A stretch of 57,830 nucleotides of DNA, counting the filler, from Sphacelaria rigidula (Eukaryota), in the NCBI GenBank assembly GCA_964200075.2. It is 7 parts of 7 records of this genome, joined end to end, with 100 filler letters (N's around TTAATTAATTAA, not from the genome) between each part and the next. Parts side by side here need not be neighbours in the genome. Positions count along the whole stretch, not along the records: positions 41,381 to 49,555 come from CAXNAA020012021.1; positions 49,656 to 57,830 come from CAXNAA020012022.1; 5 more parts are not named here. One strand, given 5' to 3'. The position numbers were made by a program, and so were the translations under genes. Below are positions 47,286 to 57,830 of the stretch, piece by piece (within the stretch, counting starts at the first letter, position 1; the number at the start of each line of letters is the position of its first letter). The notes under the pieces were generated by a model. That model saw only the letters and a list, made by a program, of their open reading frames with translations. It searched no databases and was not told the origin of the DNA.

Positions 47286-48919
47286 AAGGTGGAAAAAGGG
47301 GCGTTAGGTGGTCTATCTACAGTACAAGCGCTTGCGGCAATATGCCCCTCTCGCATATATGCATATACTGATCGGCAAGTATTTTCGAAAACACATTGTG
47401 TATACGTCTGTTCATATAGGCCGACGTATGGCACCCAGAAAAAATAAAAACGATAGTCAGTCTACCGCAGTAAACGACCCCCCTCCCATTCCGCGGGGGG
47501 GGGGGAGCATCATGGGAGAGGTGAGTATCTAAGCGGTGCACGCGCAACAGAGACGTATGTGCGTGTGATCAATTCGCAAAAAAGCATGCCCCCACAGTGC
47601 AAACGCAACATGCTTGTTCAACTTATGTCTGTCTGTCTGTCTATATGTATTTGCTTGTCTCCTTGTCTAGCCTATCTCTGTCTCTCGCCTGTCCCCGTGT
47701 TGTGTGTGTGCGCATGCTATGGGTACGTGCTCACCCGTGCTCGGCGCTGGTCGAAGCGTGCCCACGCCTGCGATACCAGGACGGAAGTCGTGCTTTCCTG
47801 GGGTGGAATCAAAAAGAGGTAAAAAAAATCGGACGAAATGATAATTACAAGAACGGAAAACGACATCCTCCTGCTTCTGCTGAGCGATGTGAGACGTGTG
47901 TGATGCTCATGGGCCCGCGATACGTGCTCTGGGAGGCACGCTGGTGCTCGCGTGGTACGTTGCAGCAAGCAGTCACCAAGGCCGCAACATGGCTTGCCTA
48001 CCGTTTTTTCTCCTCGCACTTTATAAAACCCCATGACTAAAATAAAGCACCGACCGTTGGGTCTGCTCGAGTGTATTTTATTCACTATGGTGAAACCCCC
48101 GTATGATACACAGTGCACAGTCAGTACGCTGGAAATACGAGGAGTACGGGGATTTTTTCACCAATTTTGCTCCGCAAAAGCGTAGCAGCAACATGTAACT
48201 ACTACTGCCGCGAGCCACATCCTTGCTAGCACGGCGCTGCAGACCAACACAACATCGCAAGCCAGCACTACATGGTTCAGGGGGTTTCAATAGGCCGACG
48301 CCCTGGGCGAAGGCCTGGGTAGCGTTCAAAGCTCCGCTGGCATCGCATAAAGTTGTGTATGTGTGTGTGTGTGTGTGTGTCATCATTCCACCTGTTCCGG
48401 ACGGCAGTCTACTATACCTTGCGGAATATGTTGGCGCACCCGCCGGGGCCACACAGGTGGAGGAAGGTCACCACAGAAGTGTTCGTCTTTCGTTTTATTC
48501 TAGTGCTCTGCCTTCGCTCTACGGTACTTGCCTTCCCCTGAATCGTGAGAAGGGTTCAGAGAACGCAGATATTTATCGTGCTCATGCACCTGCTGCCCGG
48601 TGGAGACGAATACGACAATCGATCTCGGGAAAAGCCCTTCGGATGGTGCCCACTGCGCTGGCTGCTAGGCTGCGTACAACCTATGCAAAATTTAAGGATG
48701 GACACCAGCTGTGACACTACTCTGTGATGTTTGGCGTTGGGGCTGTCGCTATTGGGTTGTCCGCGTTGCTACGCCATCAAGGGCATGTGCGCGTGTTTCA
48801 TGGTCATGTGGTCTGCACAGTAAAACTAGTGAAGATAGTATAGAATACTGTACTGTAATGTACAGTCCGTACAGCCGCGGATCCACGAATGAAATCCTAT
48901 CTACCCCCCCCCCCCACAA

Positions 48920-49290
48920 ACGAGCTCCCTGTAGCAAAGCATGAAGAGTGGGACTCATACAGTGGGAGAATGTGAACTATACAAGAACGAGTGGGAGGTG
49001 TTAGACGGGGGAAAGAAGGACCTAAGCGAAGGTGACATGAAATCGTATGGCACTTCAAACAGTGGCGAGAAAACCTTCGTTATACTAGAAAATAGATGGC
49101 GAAAACGCCAAACAGGAAAGGGATAAGATACGTAAAAGGTTTCTGTGTGGTGTATGGAAGAAACGTATCGAGCGCCGGAATGCTGGAAGCGTCTCTAATA
49201 CGAGTAGGAACGGCGCTCCGTCTCGAAAGGGACCCGTGGTCAATGGTCAGAAGACTACGGCAAGCAAAAAATGAGTGCGTGCCCCCCACC
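48920..49290 (+). mobile_element. Longer 3' fragment of a LINE-like element that ends in the C-run-associated tail
   Basis: A broken ORF end (PCSKA*...THTVGECELYKNE, CCHC-knuckle-like spacing) runs into GCTCCGTCTCGAAAGGGA...GCAAGCAAAAAATGAGTGCGTGCCCCCC. Confidence 0.6.
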
Positions 49291-49655
49291 AAACGAACTT
49301 TCAACGCGCGTGCCATACGGCAAGAATATCCCCAACCACACCCATCTTTGGAACGACGCTTCTCACTACTGCACAAAACACGGTGCAACCGCGCCAATTT
49401 TTCGATCAGCACCACAGCTCATAATGTAGCGTGAACATTGCATTTCCTGTGGGAAAAGGAGGACATCCACGTGTGTTCCCAGCATGTGTGCAAGAGGCAT
49501 CCCCACCCCCCACGACCCCCCCCCGCGAGGGAAGAGTGACCACAGGCATGTAGGCNNNNNNNNNNNNNNNNNNNNNNNNNNNNNNNNNNNNNNNNNNNNT
49601 TAATTAATTAANNNNNNNNNNNNNNNNNNNNNNNNNNNNNNNNNNNNNNNNNNNN

Positions 49656-49743
49656 GGGGGGGGGGGGGGGCGGGGGGCGTCCTCGTTTGTTGCTTGCCTT
49701 AGTCGTCTGACCATTGACCACGCATCCCTTTCGAGACGGAGCA
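49656..49743 (-). mobile_element. Short retroposon 3' end with C-run
   Basis: Reverse complement of 1956-2017, with G-runs on both sides on the + strand. Confidence 0.75.
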
Positions 49744-50363
49744 CCGTGGGAGGGGGGGGGAGTGATCTCATGTCATTGCGTGCCATAATCATAAGACTAT
49801 TGACCTTGCATCCCTACAACGCCGGAACAGAACACGCAGGGTTTTCGCCGGACCAGGCTTGTACCGGCGGGAAGACGGGATAACAATTGAAAAAAGGCAA
49901 GAGCCGACAAACAGAAGCAAGACAGACTCACTCATGGATTGGTACGGCGCGACAAATGCAACGGCAGCACCCATATACAGCACACCGACCCATGCATAAG
50001 CAACAACCCAGGCGTGATACAGTCACTTACATCTACAGCTATACGCATGAATGAAACACAACAAGTACACACGTGATGCGTGTTGCACATTATGGCCGCT
50101 GGCTGAAACTCGATCCCACACAAGAAGACGACTACCGCTTCATCTTACCTGTACCAAGTTGTACGCAAACCGCACGGGATAGCTGTCTATTGGGTTCGCC
50201 TTGGACATCGCCTGCCGACCAACGAAGACGAACAACAGATACGCCACTACCACCGCCAGGGCCGAAGAGAAGTCCGTCATGAACCATCCCTAAATCGAAG
50301 CAAAAATAGTTAGTTCATTACAGCGCAGAGAACGAACGGCATGAGCGGGTGGAGGGGCAGGTC

Positions 50364-50432
50364 GGGGGGTACTCATTTGTTGCTGGCCTTAGTCGTTTGA
50401 CCGTTGAACACGCATCCTTTTCGAGACGGAGC
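50364..50432 (-). mobile_element. Short retroposon 3' end with C-run
   Basis: Reverse complement of 1956-2017, bracketed by the near-direct repeats GCAGGTCGGGGGGT and GCAGGTTAGGGGGT. Confidence 0.75.
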
Positions 50433-50737
50433 AGGTTAGGGGGTGGGGGGGTGGGAAGGGAGGAGGAAGCACGCATGTCAAGGCTGGTCACATGCCTCGG
50501 ATTTGAAGTCGAACTCGAACCGGGCGGACTGGATTGCCACGTGACCCTACCGAACTCGGTGGCAATAGACAAGATTCGAGCAGCTTAAACCAGAACCTGC
50601 CGGGGAGAAACAAGAAAATCGTACGTCTATACGACCACAATAGCTGAACCGATCGACAACAACTTGCGCGGGAAATAAGGACAGGTTTGGCGTCGGCGAC
50701 AGTCATATAGGAGGTCTGTGTACGATTCATCCAACAC

Positions 50738-50818
50738 GTCGACGTGTCCGAGTGGTTAAGGAGATGGATTAGAAACCCATTGTGATTTCACGCGTAGGTT
50801 CGAGTCCTACCGTCGACG
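50738..50818 (+). tRNA. tRNA-Ser(AGA): tRNA-Ser(AGA)
   Basis: Acceptor stem GTCGACG/CGTCGAC with discriminator G, D arm TCC-GAGTGGTTAA-GGA, anticodon arm ATGGA-TTAGAAA-CCCAT (one A-C mismatch), long variable arm, T arm GTAGG-TTCGAGT-CCTAC, and TTTT about 10 nt downstream. Confidence 0.9.
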
Positions 50819-53800
50819 TACATGTTCTTTTGGCCGCCGGACCCCGGTGGTATCGTGGTACAAATAATACGGAGTATCTAGGGTAAAAAAAACGTCCATT
50901 CGATTCTCGCCAAATACATGTGCGTTTCTTCTTCCGTGGTGACTGATTCCTGTCGTGGAAAGGAGAGGGGTTCAATTAAAAGGTCGACAAGAAATCAAAT
51001 GTTCACGGTGCCCACATCAGGTACGTTTGCGATCCTTCGCCTCCGTGGCGCTTCGAACGGACAACTGGCACCACCCCTGCATCGCATCATGCCTTTCCAA
51101 GCTTTCTAGCTCAGAGTAGGGTATGTACACATACTTGTCCGCATGCGGATCGTGAAGCAACACAGTGTTGCGCCGATAGAAAAAAATATATATATACGAA
51201 CCGCCCGCATACAAGAATCGTTGTACACGAAATGAGCTAGCACCAGCTGCAAAGTACCCGCAGCTCGCACGGGTGGTTAGCCCTACGCGAAGGAGCACAT
51301 GTCCAACAGGCTGCACCGATGGAAAGCTTTGTTCAAGGCGGAGTGTCGCTACCGGTTTTCGGGTAAGGTGATTAGTTACCGAGTTGGCCGGTCTGAACGG
51401 TGTTGCTCCGTATTGGTTCCTCGTGGCCGGAATCTCGTGCGATGGTACGCAGAGTGGTGACGGCCACGCCAGGGGTTCGAAGGCCAAACAGTGTGCAAGG
51501 GGTAGTCTATGATGCATAGAATCCATCTGAAAAAAAATTGTATCGATTCGGGGAGGAGCCAGCTCACAAGAGGCGATCGACTGCAAGCATGTCTAGTGGT
51601 AGGCGAGGGCAGCAAACTGCATATAATTTTCAGTATAAAAGTTGATGACCCACCTCACCGCCCCGTTCTCATGATGTGTACTGTTCTCGAATGTTAAAGT
51701 ATTGTACCGCAAACACACACATGTTTTGTAAGGTCAAGTAGGGTATGTGACAGGATGGCGACACACCGGTCACTGTTGCGTTCTGGGCTGTGCTGTTGTG
51801 TCTATACTCGAGTGTCATGTACTGTAAAACGAACAGCACGTTCCGGTGCGGTGCACTGTCTGGCGAAAGTACAGTACACAACACGCAGTCTCCTGGAGCC
51901 GCGTGCCGTCGTCTGCTGCACACGACTGCATCGTAATGTGCTGACCTGTACTGATCAGGGTGGTCCGCGATCACGTGTGGGGTAGTGTGCGATGATACCC
52001 GAGAACAAGCCGCCGCGTGCTGCCCGACAGGGTTGGGTGCAGTACTCGACTGTACTCCACTCCGGTGTTACGTACTGAAAACGATCGCGAACCGCCCGCT
52101 AGGGTGCTGCCCTCTGTTTTTCTGTAAGGCACTTGCCTGCTTTCTACTTCACAGCTGTGTACTGTAAAGTGCCGTGCACGGTCCACTTTCATGCACTGTT
52201 CGGGATCACCATGTGCACTTCTATCCTGTACTGGAATGTGTTTTGCTGTCCATCACGTAACTGTCCTGTACTGAACTATATGGCTGGGTTCCGTAATAGG
52301 GTACGTCTGTGTGTTGGCCATTGCCGTGGTGGACGCATCGGTAGACGGCCCCGGCTGTTGGAAGGTTCATGGCACTAGTCCTCACCCGCTGGCGTTCGCA
52401 ATTTACCTCCAGGTCTGTCAACATGAACACGCCCTGCAACGAACGTTACCGGAGAGGGCAGTGGTCACCCGAAGATGAAGTAAACGGCGCTGCCACTCCG
52501 GTGAGAGGCGCGCCCCACTGTCATCATGCACAAGATACCTTTCGTGGTCTGCCGCCGCACTCGAGATCGTGTCGGAACGGGGGCATACCTTAGTAGCTGC
52601 GGTATGCCCTCAAACATCAGTTTGTTTTACGTGATATGTTGACAACCACGCAGGGGTGGGGGCGTGATGTGTTGAGAACTGTTTTGGGGTTTTTCCAGCA
52701 TGTTACTCTTCGATACAACTTCAAAGTGCTAGTGTCGGTAGATGTTGATAAATGCAACAAACCGTCGTCGAAACAAAGCGCACAAATTAAGCAGCGTTTT
52801 TGTGAGATGAAAAGTAGAGGATACGATTGATAATGAAAAGCCGTAAATTACTGAATGGACAGTTTCAGTTACGGAATGTCCCTCTAGACGTGCAGTTACG
52901 ACACCCGATATGCTACGTGCAGTTTCTTACCACTGAGGGCGTTGATATCCTTGATTACGATATCGACGTGTAGCTGTAAGCACACGCCAGCATTACAGGC
53001 GGAGAAAAGCACACATAATATGAGAATTTGGTCAAGTTGAAGCGAATTATCGAACCCACTCTCAATCGACGCTCTGCGCCCAATCTTGAGAATTTCTTTT
53101 TGTCAGTGTTGTATGGTGTAATCGGGCGACACGAGTAGAATCCCCGTTAATTCGGACGGGGTTACTCACCGTTAAACACAGCTGTTCGGCTGCGGTGCGA
53201 TGTGTACGTACAAGTTAAAAAAGCAAGCTCGTTAATTGCTTCACACATAGCTTTACAGATACGATCAGGACAGGCACAGGCTCGATCGACCGAAAATACC
53301 GCCATGTCAAAATCTCGGCTGAAAGGCGGCAAGACCCTCCGTCCTTGGCCAGCACGTAAGTCACCAAGTATTCAGTACAGATGGATGTTCCTTATTGGCA
53401 TGCACAGTGGATACAAGTATCTTGAGATCCTCAGCGTTATGAGCGGTGGCAATCGACACATTCTCTAAAAACCGTCAATCACATGAGGAACAGTTTAGAG
53501 GGCCACTACCATAAGGTCGGTTAGGATATTCGAAATATACGATCGCTCTTGTCGTTGAGGGGGTTACAAATGTATATTTGTGCCATTTCTATTTTGCCGT
53601 GCTCCCATCGGTATGCAGATGGAAGATATGGCCTAGAACAAGGTTAGAGAAATTTGCATTCTTACGGATAATTGTTCTTCTCTCCGGATGGATTTCTCGA
53701 AGATCTGGTCAGTGGGGAAACTTAAACGTCGTTCTTTCTCCTGTATGGAGCGACGGCAAGTTTTTCTTCTTCAATTTATTTTCATGAGTGTCGTTTTGGC

Positions 53801-55849
53801 TAGATATGGACCATGCGGTAGACAGGCAATCTGATAAACAAACAAACATCTTCCCTTTTAAATGGGAGCAAAGTCACAGGGTGCCAAGAGTCGGCACCTT
53901 TAAAGCGAAAAAAACTATTTGAGGGAAATTAAGTGTTTCTTTGAAAGAAAAGAAAATGTTTCAGCCGCCAGAATCGCGTCTGCAGGGATTATCGTGAGCC
54001 TCACTCATCATCATTTTGCATATTTGGTCGGTGGCAGCGATCCCGGGCCTTAACATCAACAGCTACAGAGGAACGTCCATGTAGTTCGGGAGTATCTACG
54101 AATCGGTTGTCCCCAACCCTGAAAAAAAGAGTATTCACGCATCAGTAGAGCTGAAGACGTGAAACAATCTCGTCTTCACTCATGGAACCGTGAATATCGG
54201 CAGGGCAAATGTCGGAAGAGTGCACCTTGCAGCAGGCAGGAACAAGAACATGTAAACTATGTTTTTTTTTCGTTCTGCGTCGATTCAAGACACAAATTCT
54301 AGGTGGGCGAAGTTTCACACCTTGAAATGACCAGATCTACTCCTTCAAGCGGTTTCACGACGTCTTGGCATTTAGTGGTGGTGTTTTTTTTTTTCGCACA
54401 AACATGCATTATTGTCGAGGGATGATAACGAACACTCCAATCAAGGAATTATCGCCATTTTATTTGTAGACTTGACCGTCTCTGGACAAGACAGCTCGTT
54501 GGGTCGCTCGTACACTGCTCCCCACGGAGAATGCTTCTGTGTCGTGAAACCCCGAACAGGACTGGAGGATCTCATTCCTACGTGTAGAACTCTGCCTCTC
54601 TCTAGGGTATCGATTGCTGAAGAACGACCACAAAAACATTTGCCCAGTACTTTATCTTTGCTTCTATAGCGAGCAGCGTCAGCTGCGCCACGGAAAAGCA
54701 AATATGGTTGCGGGAATTATGCGGATCCACTCGAAAGTGCAGAGATCGTCCGTGTCACCATCCTCGTCATACGTCTTACTGCGAAAGTGCGCTTTTGTCC
54801 GTCCACAGATACTGTGTTGACAACGACGGATCGGAAGTGGTCCCGGCGTGGGGAGTTTTGTGTACGGGATAATTGCGCCATATCGCAACGGAGACTGTAC
54901 GTAACGCACTTCACACGCGATGCGAGGGAAGGACGGATCGCGCCGAGGGGAAGAGAACACAATGAGTTGCGTCGTTTGAAGGAGTCGTTGCGCGGGAAAT
55001 GCGGCGTCGATTCGCCATTGCATCGATGGAGACACCGACCATATCCGTACCCTCCTGTTGTCCGATACTCATGATGTAGAATTCAAACACAAGATGACAC
55101 TTGTTCCATCCTTCGACTGGACTGTCCCGTGCTTGCCGTCAGTGGTGCCTTTCCCGTCAGGTGATCGCAAGGATGAGCGCCGAGGGGTGTCGCGGATTAC
55201 CTACATAAGTTCGGAATGGCGCCAGGCTGGGTACGGTGTTCGTTTTTAACTATGCTGAGCGAACTGATCACCCGTTTTTGAAGCGGTGGTTAGGATACTG
55301 GATGTACGTTTTTGCGGCTATTATGACGGAGTCGGTGACAAATGGTCTACTGGGCGTCCTTTGCCGTGCGATTATGCGGGTGCAGGCGCACGTCATAGCA
55401 AGCTATCGACCGACGCCCGAGCGGAATCCGTTCTGGCGCAACCTCTTAGAACGCACCTCGCATTTGTTTTTGTCATGGCTACGGTTTGAGGGCTATCTGA
55501 AGAATGTTTGAGATTCAGGTCCTGACTGGCGACGGTGAAGGCAGCACATAAGGTGGATTTTTTTGGAAGTACCCTGTAGGGTATATCGTCTTCGTTCATG
55601 GTGCTTACAAGGGGGTCAAGTAATCAATGTATTTCAAAGGCAAATCCCCGTCCCAACCACCTCTGGCGTTCTCGGAGCGCGCCTCCATGCTCCGGCATAG
55701 GACCGGACTGGAATGTTCGCCACAAATCAGGGTGTGCGGCGTAGCATGCCAACACAATTCCTCCCTTTCGGCGTATATGCCAGTGAAAAACATGGTCGCA
55801 AATATCTGTGCGCTTTACTCTTGTAGGAGGGCGATGCTCTTGCTCACAT

Positions 55850-57400
55850 CCGTGTCCCACAAATGAGTTACAGCATTCCTTCAAGTCTTCTTCGGAATTA
55901 AGTTCCATCATTTGGGAGACCGCAGCACCTGGCAGCGGGCGTTGGCTACACCGGGGCCAGCAATCATGTCTTGTAACATATCTTGACGCACAATTTCCTT
56001 CTATGATCCTTCGAGGCGCATTCATATTACAATTGAAGGCCCGGATCAAATGGGGGAGCAGTAGGCACCGGCGACCTCGCAAAACATGTACGAGCTGGGT
56101 CAGCTGACAGTTATTTGCGAATGTACCCGGGCCGGGCGGCGGGTAATCCGAAGCGTGGGGAGCTGAAATTTCAACATACCATTTTTGTCATCACTACGCA
56201 CAACCTTCCCGGGGATGCCAAGGAAAAAAAATAACAGGGAGTTCGCGGGAGAGCGATTCAAAGTTTCTACGAAGACTGGAAAAAAGCCATTAATCAGTGA
56301 AAATAAAGAAATACGGGGTAATCCCCGGTGTACTTGTGCGTTCTTGTGTCAAGAGATCCTGGTTCAATTTTGGCCACAAACTCCAGAAATTTGACGCAGT
56401 ATCCAACTTTTTGTGAGGCACGGCTGCGCTTCTTTAATTCAAGGAATGCAGTTGACTCCAGTTATGGAGGTCACGAGTTCAAATCCCGACGGATTCCTTT
56501 TTTTAGCTGTTCCGCCGGCTAGGTGGTACGTTTACATTAATTACGCAGTATTTTTTTTTCTTCGAATGTTTCTTCATTCAGCAGCGGTCCCGTGTGTTAC
56601 CGCGTTGGTCCTCAGGTCACACTGATCTACTCAAATATGGCTGATTTGGTGGATCTGATAACTTGTGGTGTGGCACGAAAATGCGGGATCTACTGCTGGC
56701 CCACCTCGTGAAACAAAGACGTGCAGTCGTGGACCTCGTGTCAGTCGACAAAATGTCCCGCGACGCACCCACGCTCAATGTTGCGCCAGATTTCCACCTG
56801 CACGACACCTCGGTTTGCACCAAACGATTCTGCGGATACCACTACAACCGTACCGCGTCAAGGGGCGAGGCGCAGAACCTTTACAGTCACGCTGTCATGT
56901 TCTCTCACGCAACTTTCTCGAGCTGTGCCGTGTTGCCCAGGGAAGTGCTTATGCCGCAAGGATGTTCCTGTACGTGCGATATGCGGCGCAACCCCACCCC
57001 ATGTACCGTGCCACGATTGATCATTGTCTTTTGCCGCATTTTGGCTGCATGTTTGAAAGTGGATTTCTTGACATCGACAGCGTGTGAGTAAGTAAAACTT
57101 GAAGCACTAGTCGGGCAAATCATAAGCAGCATGTTCCCCGGCCGCCGACGCTCGCAGTGTGGAGGCATTAAGAAGGACCCCGATTCCAAAATTCGGCAAT
57201 CCGGTAAAACGTACTCTCGTCGACCACCCGCTGCCCAGAAAGCACAGTCAGCAAACACATGTGTGACGTTACTCATCCACTTCATTTGACGTCATCTGCA
57301 CGTGGGGCGCCGCTGCGCTGAGAAGCGAATGTTGATCTGAACTGGAACACCCGCTGGATAATGGCAATTTATGCGAACAGCCGGTGCGTATTGCCTGTAC
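55850..57400 (-). pseudogene. Possible heavily decayed Harbinger/ISL2EU-type DDE transposase
   Basis: RAFNCNMNAPRRIIEGN resembles FNxxhSxxRxxIExxF, and upstream VAGHFVD*HEVHD loosely resembles the GPxxGxxHD motif. There are many stops and no TIR was found. Confidence 0.3.
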
Positions 57401-57830
57401 AGGTGCTCAATTCGGGAAGCACGGCAGCACGCGCGCTGTGGGTGCCGCGAGTCGCCGGAACTTTTCCCACATGTCATCATAACCACAGCAAACTACCTCA
57501 AGTCGCTGAACCTGTCGTGGGGCCATTCAGTAGCCTGTGCCAGCGAGACGAAAGGTCGGATTCTGTTCCAAGATTATTTTCTTCTTCTAACGGCGCAATA
57601 CTGGCCAGTGGTTACGCTAGTCAATTTACATGACGCTTGATTGAGAAGGTCATTACGAAAAAAGTGCACAAAATCCGGTATTCCCTTACCAGAGGTGCAA
57701 AAAGTTTGTCCACCACAACAACAAAAATATCGCAAAACCAGTTGACGGTTAGGACGAATCATCACGACTAAGAATCACCAAATCCACCATTTCTTCGGCC
57801 TGATTGCCCTAAAGGGAGAAAAAAGTTTAT

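Noticed and set aside
48260..48335. Upstream exon of the GH63-like gene (GALNATQAFAQGVGLLK)
   Set aside because: It has no diagnostic family motif such as YPHQWxWD and no clear donor site.

Overview
Eukaryotic, intron- and repeat-rich genomic DNA, most likely from a brown alga (inferred from 72-nt LRR exons, multi-kb introns and the Ngaro-type element). The window is not one contiguous locus: six identical 100-nt spacers (N-run, TTAATTAATTAA, N-run) divide it into seven 8175-8176-nt segments, so adjacency across spacers means nothing. Host gene fragments are: two symmetric 72-nt LRR exons (minus strand, 3311-3382 and 6826-6897), exons 1-3 of a sigma-like glutathione S-transferase (17917-24253), one exon resembling a GH63 mannosylglycerate/glucosylglycerate hydrolase (41738-41964, minus) and tRNA-Ser(AGA) (50738-50818). 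Most other recognisable sequence is transposon-derived. It includes a Ngaro-like tyrosine-recombinase retrotransposon with a dead RT/RNase H, an intact recombinase ORF and split direct repeats. It also includes a decayed Ty3/gypsy pol interrupted by a 1.66-kb TIR element with an 8-bp TSD, an RTE-LINE remnant, tRNA-derived SINEs, several MITE families (piggyBac-like, Harbinger-like and others), and a retroposon family whose 3' end sits against C-runs. I found no clearly new multi-gene system. The best leads are the LRR exon modules, the intact recombinase, the C-run-associated retroposon and the GH63-like exon. All family assignments come from motif recognition by eye, with no database searches.
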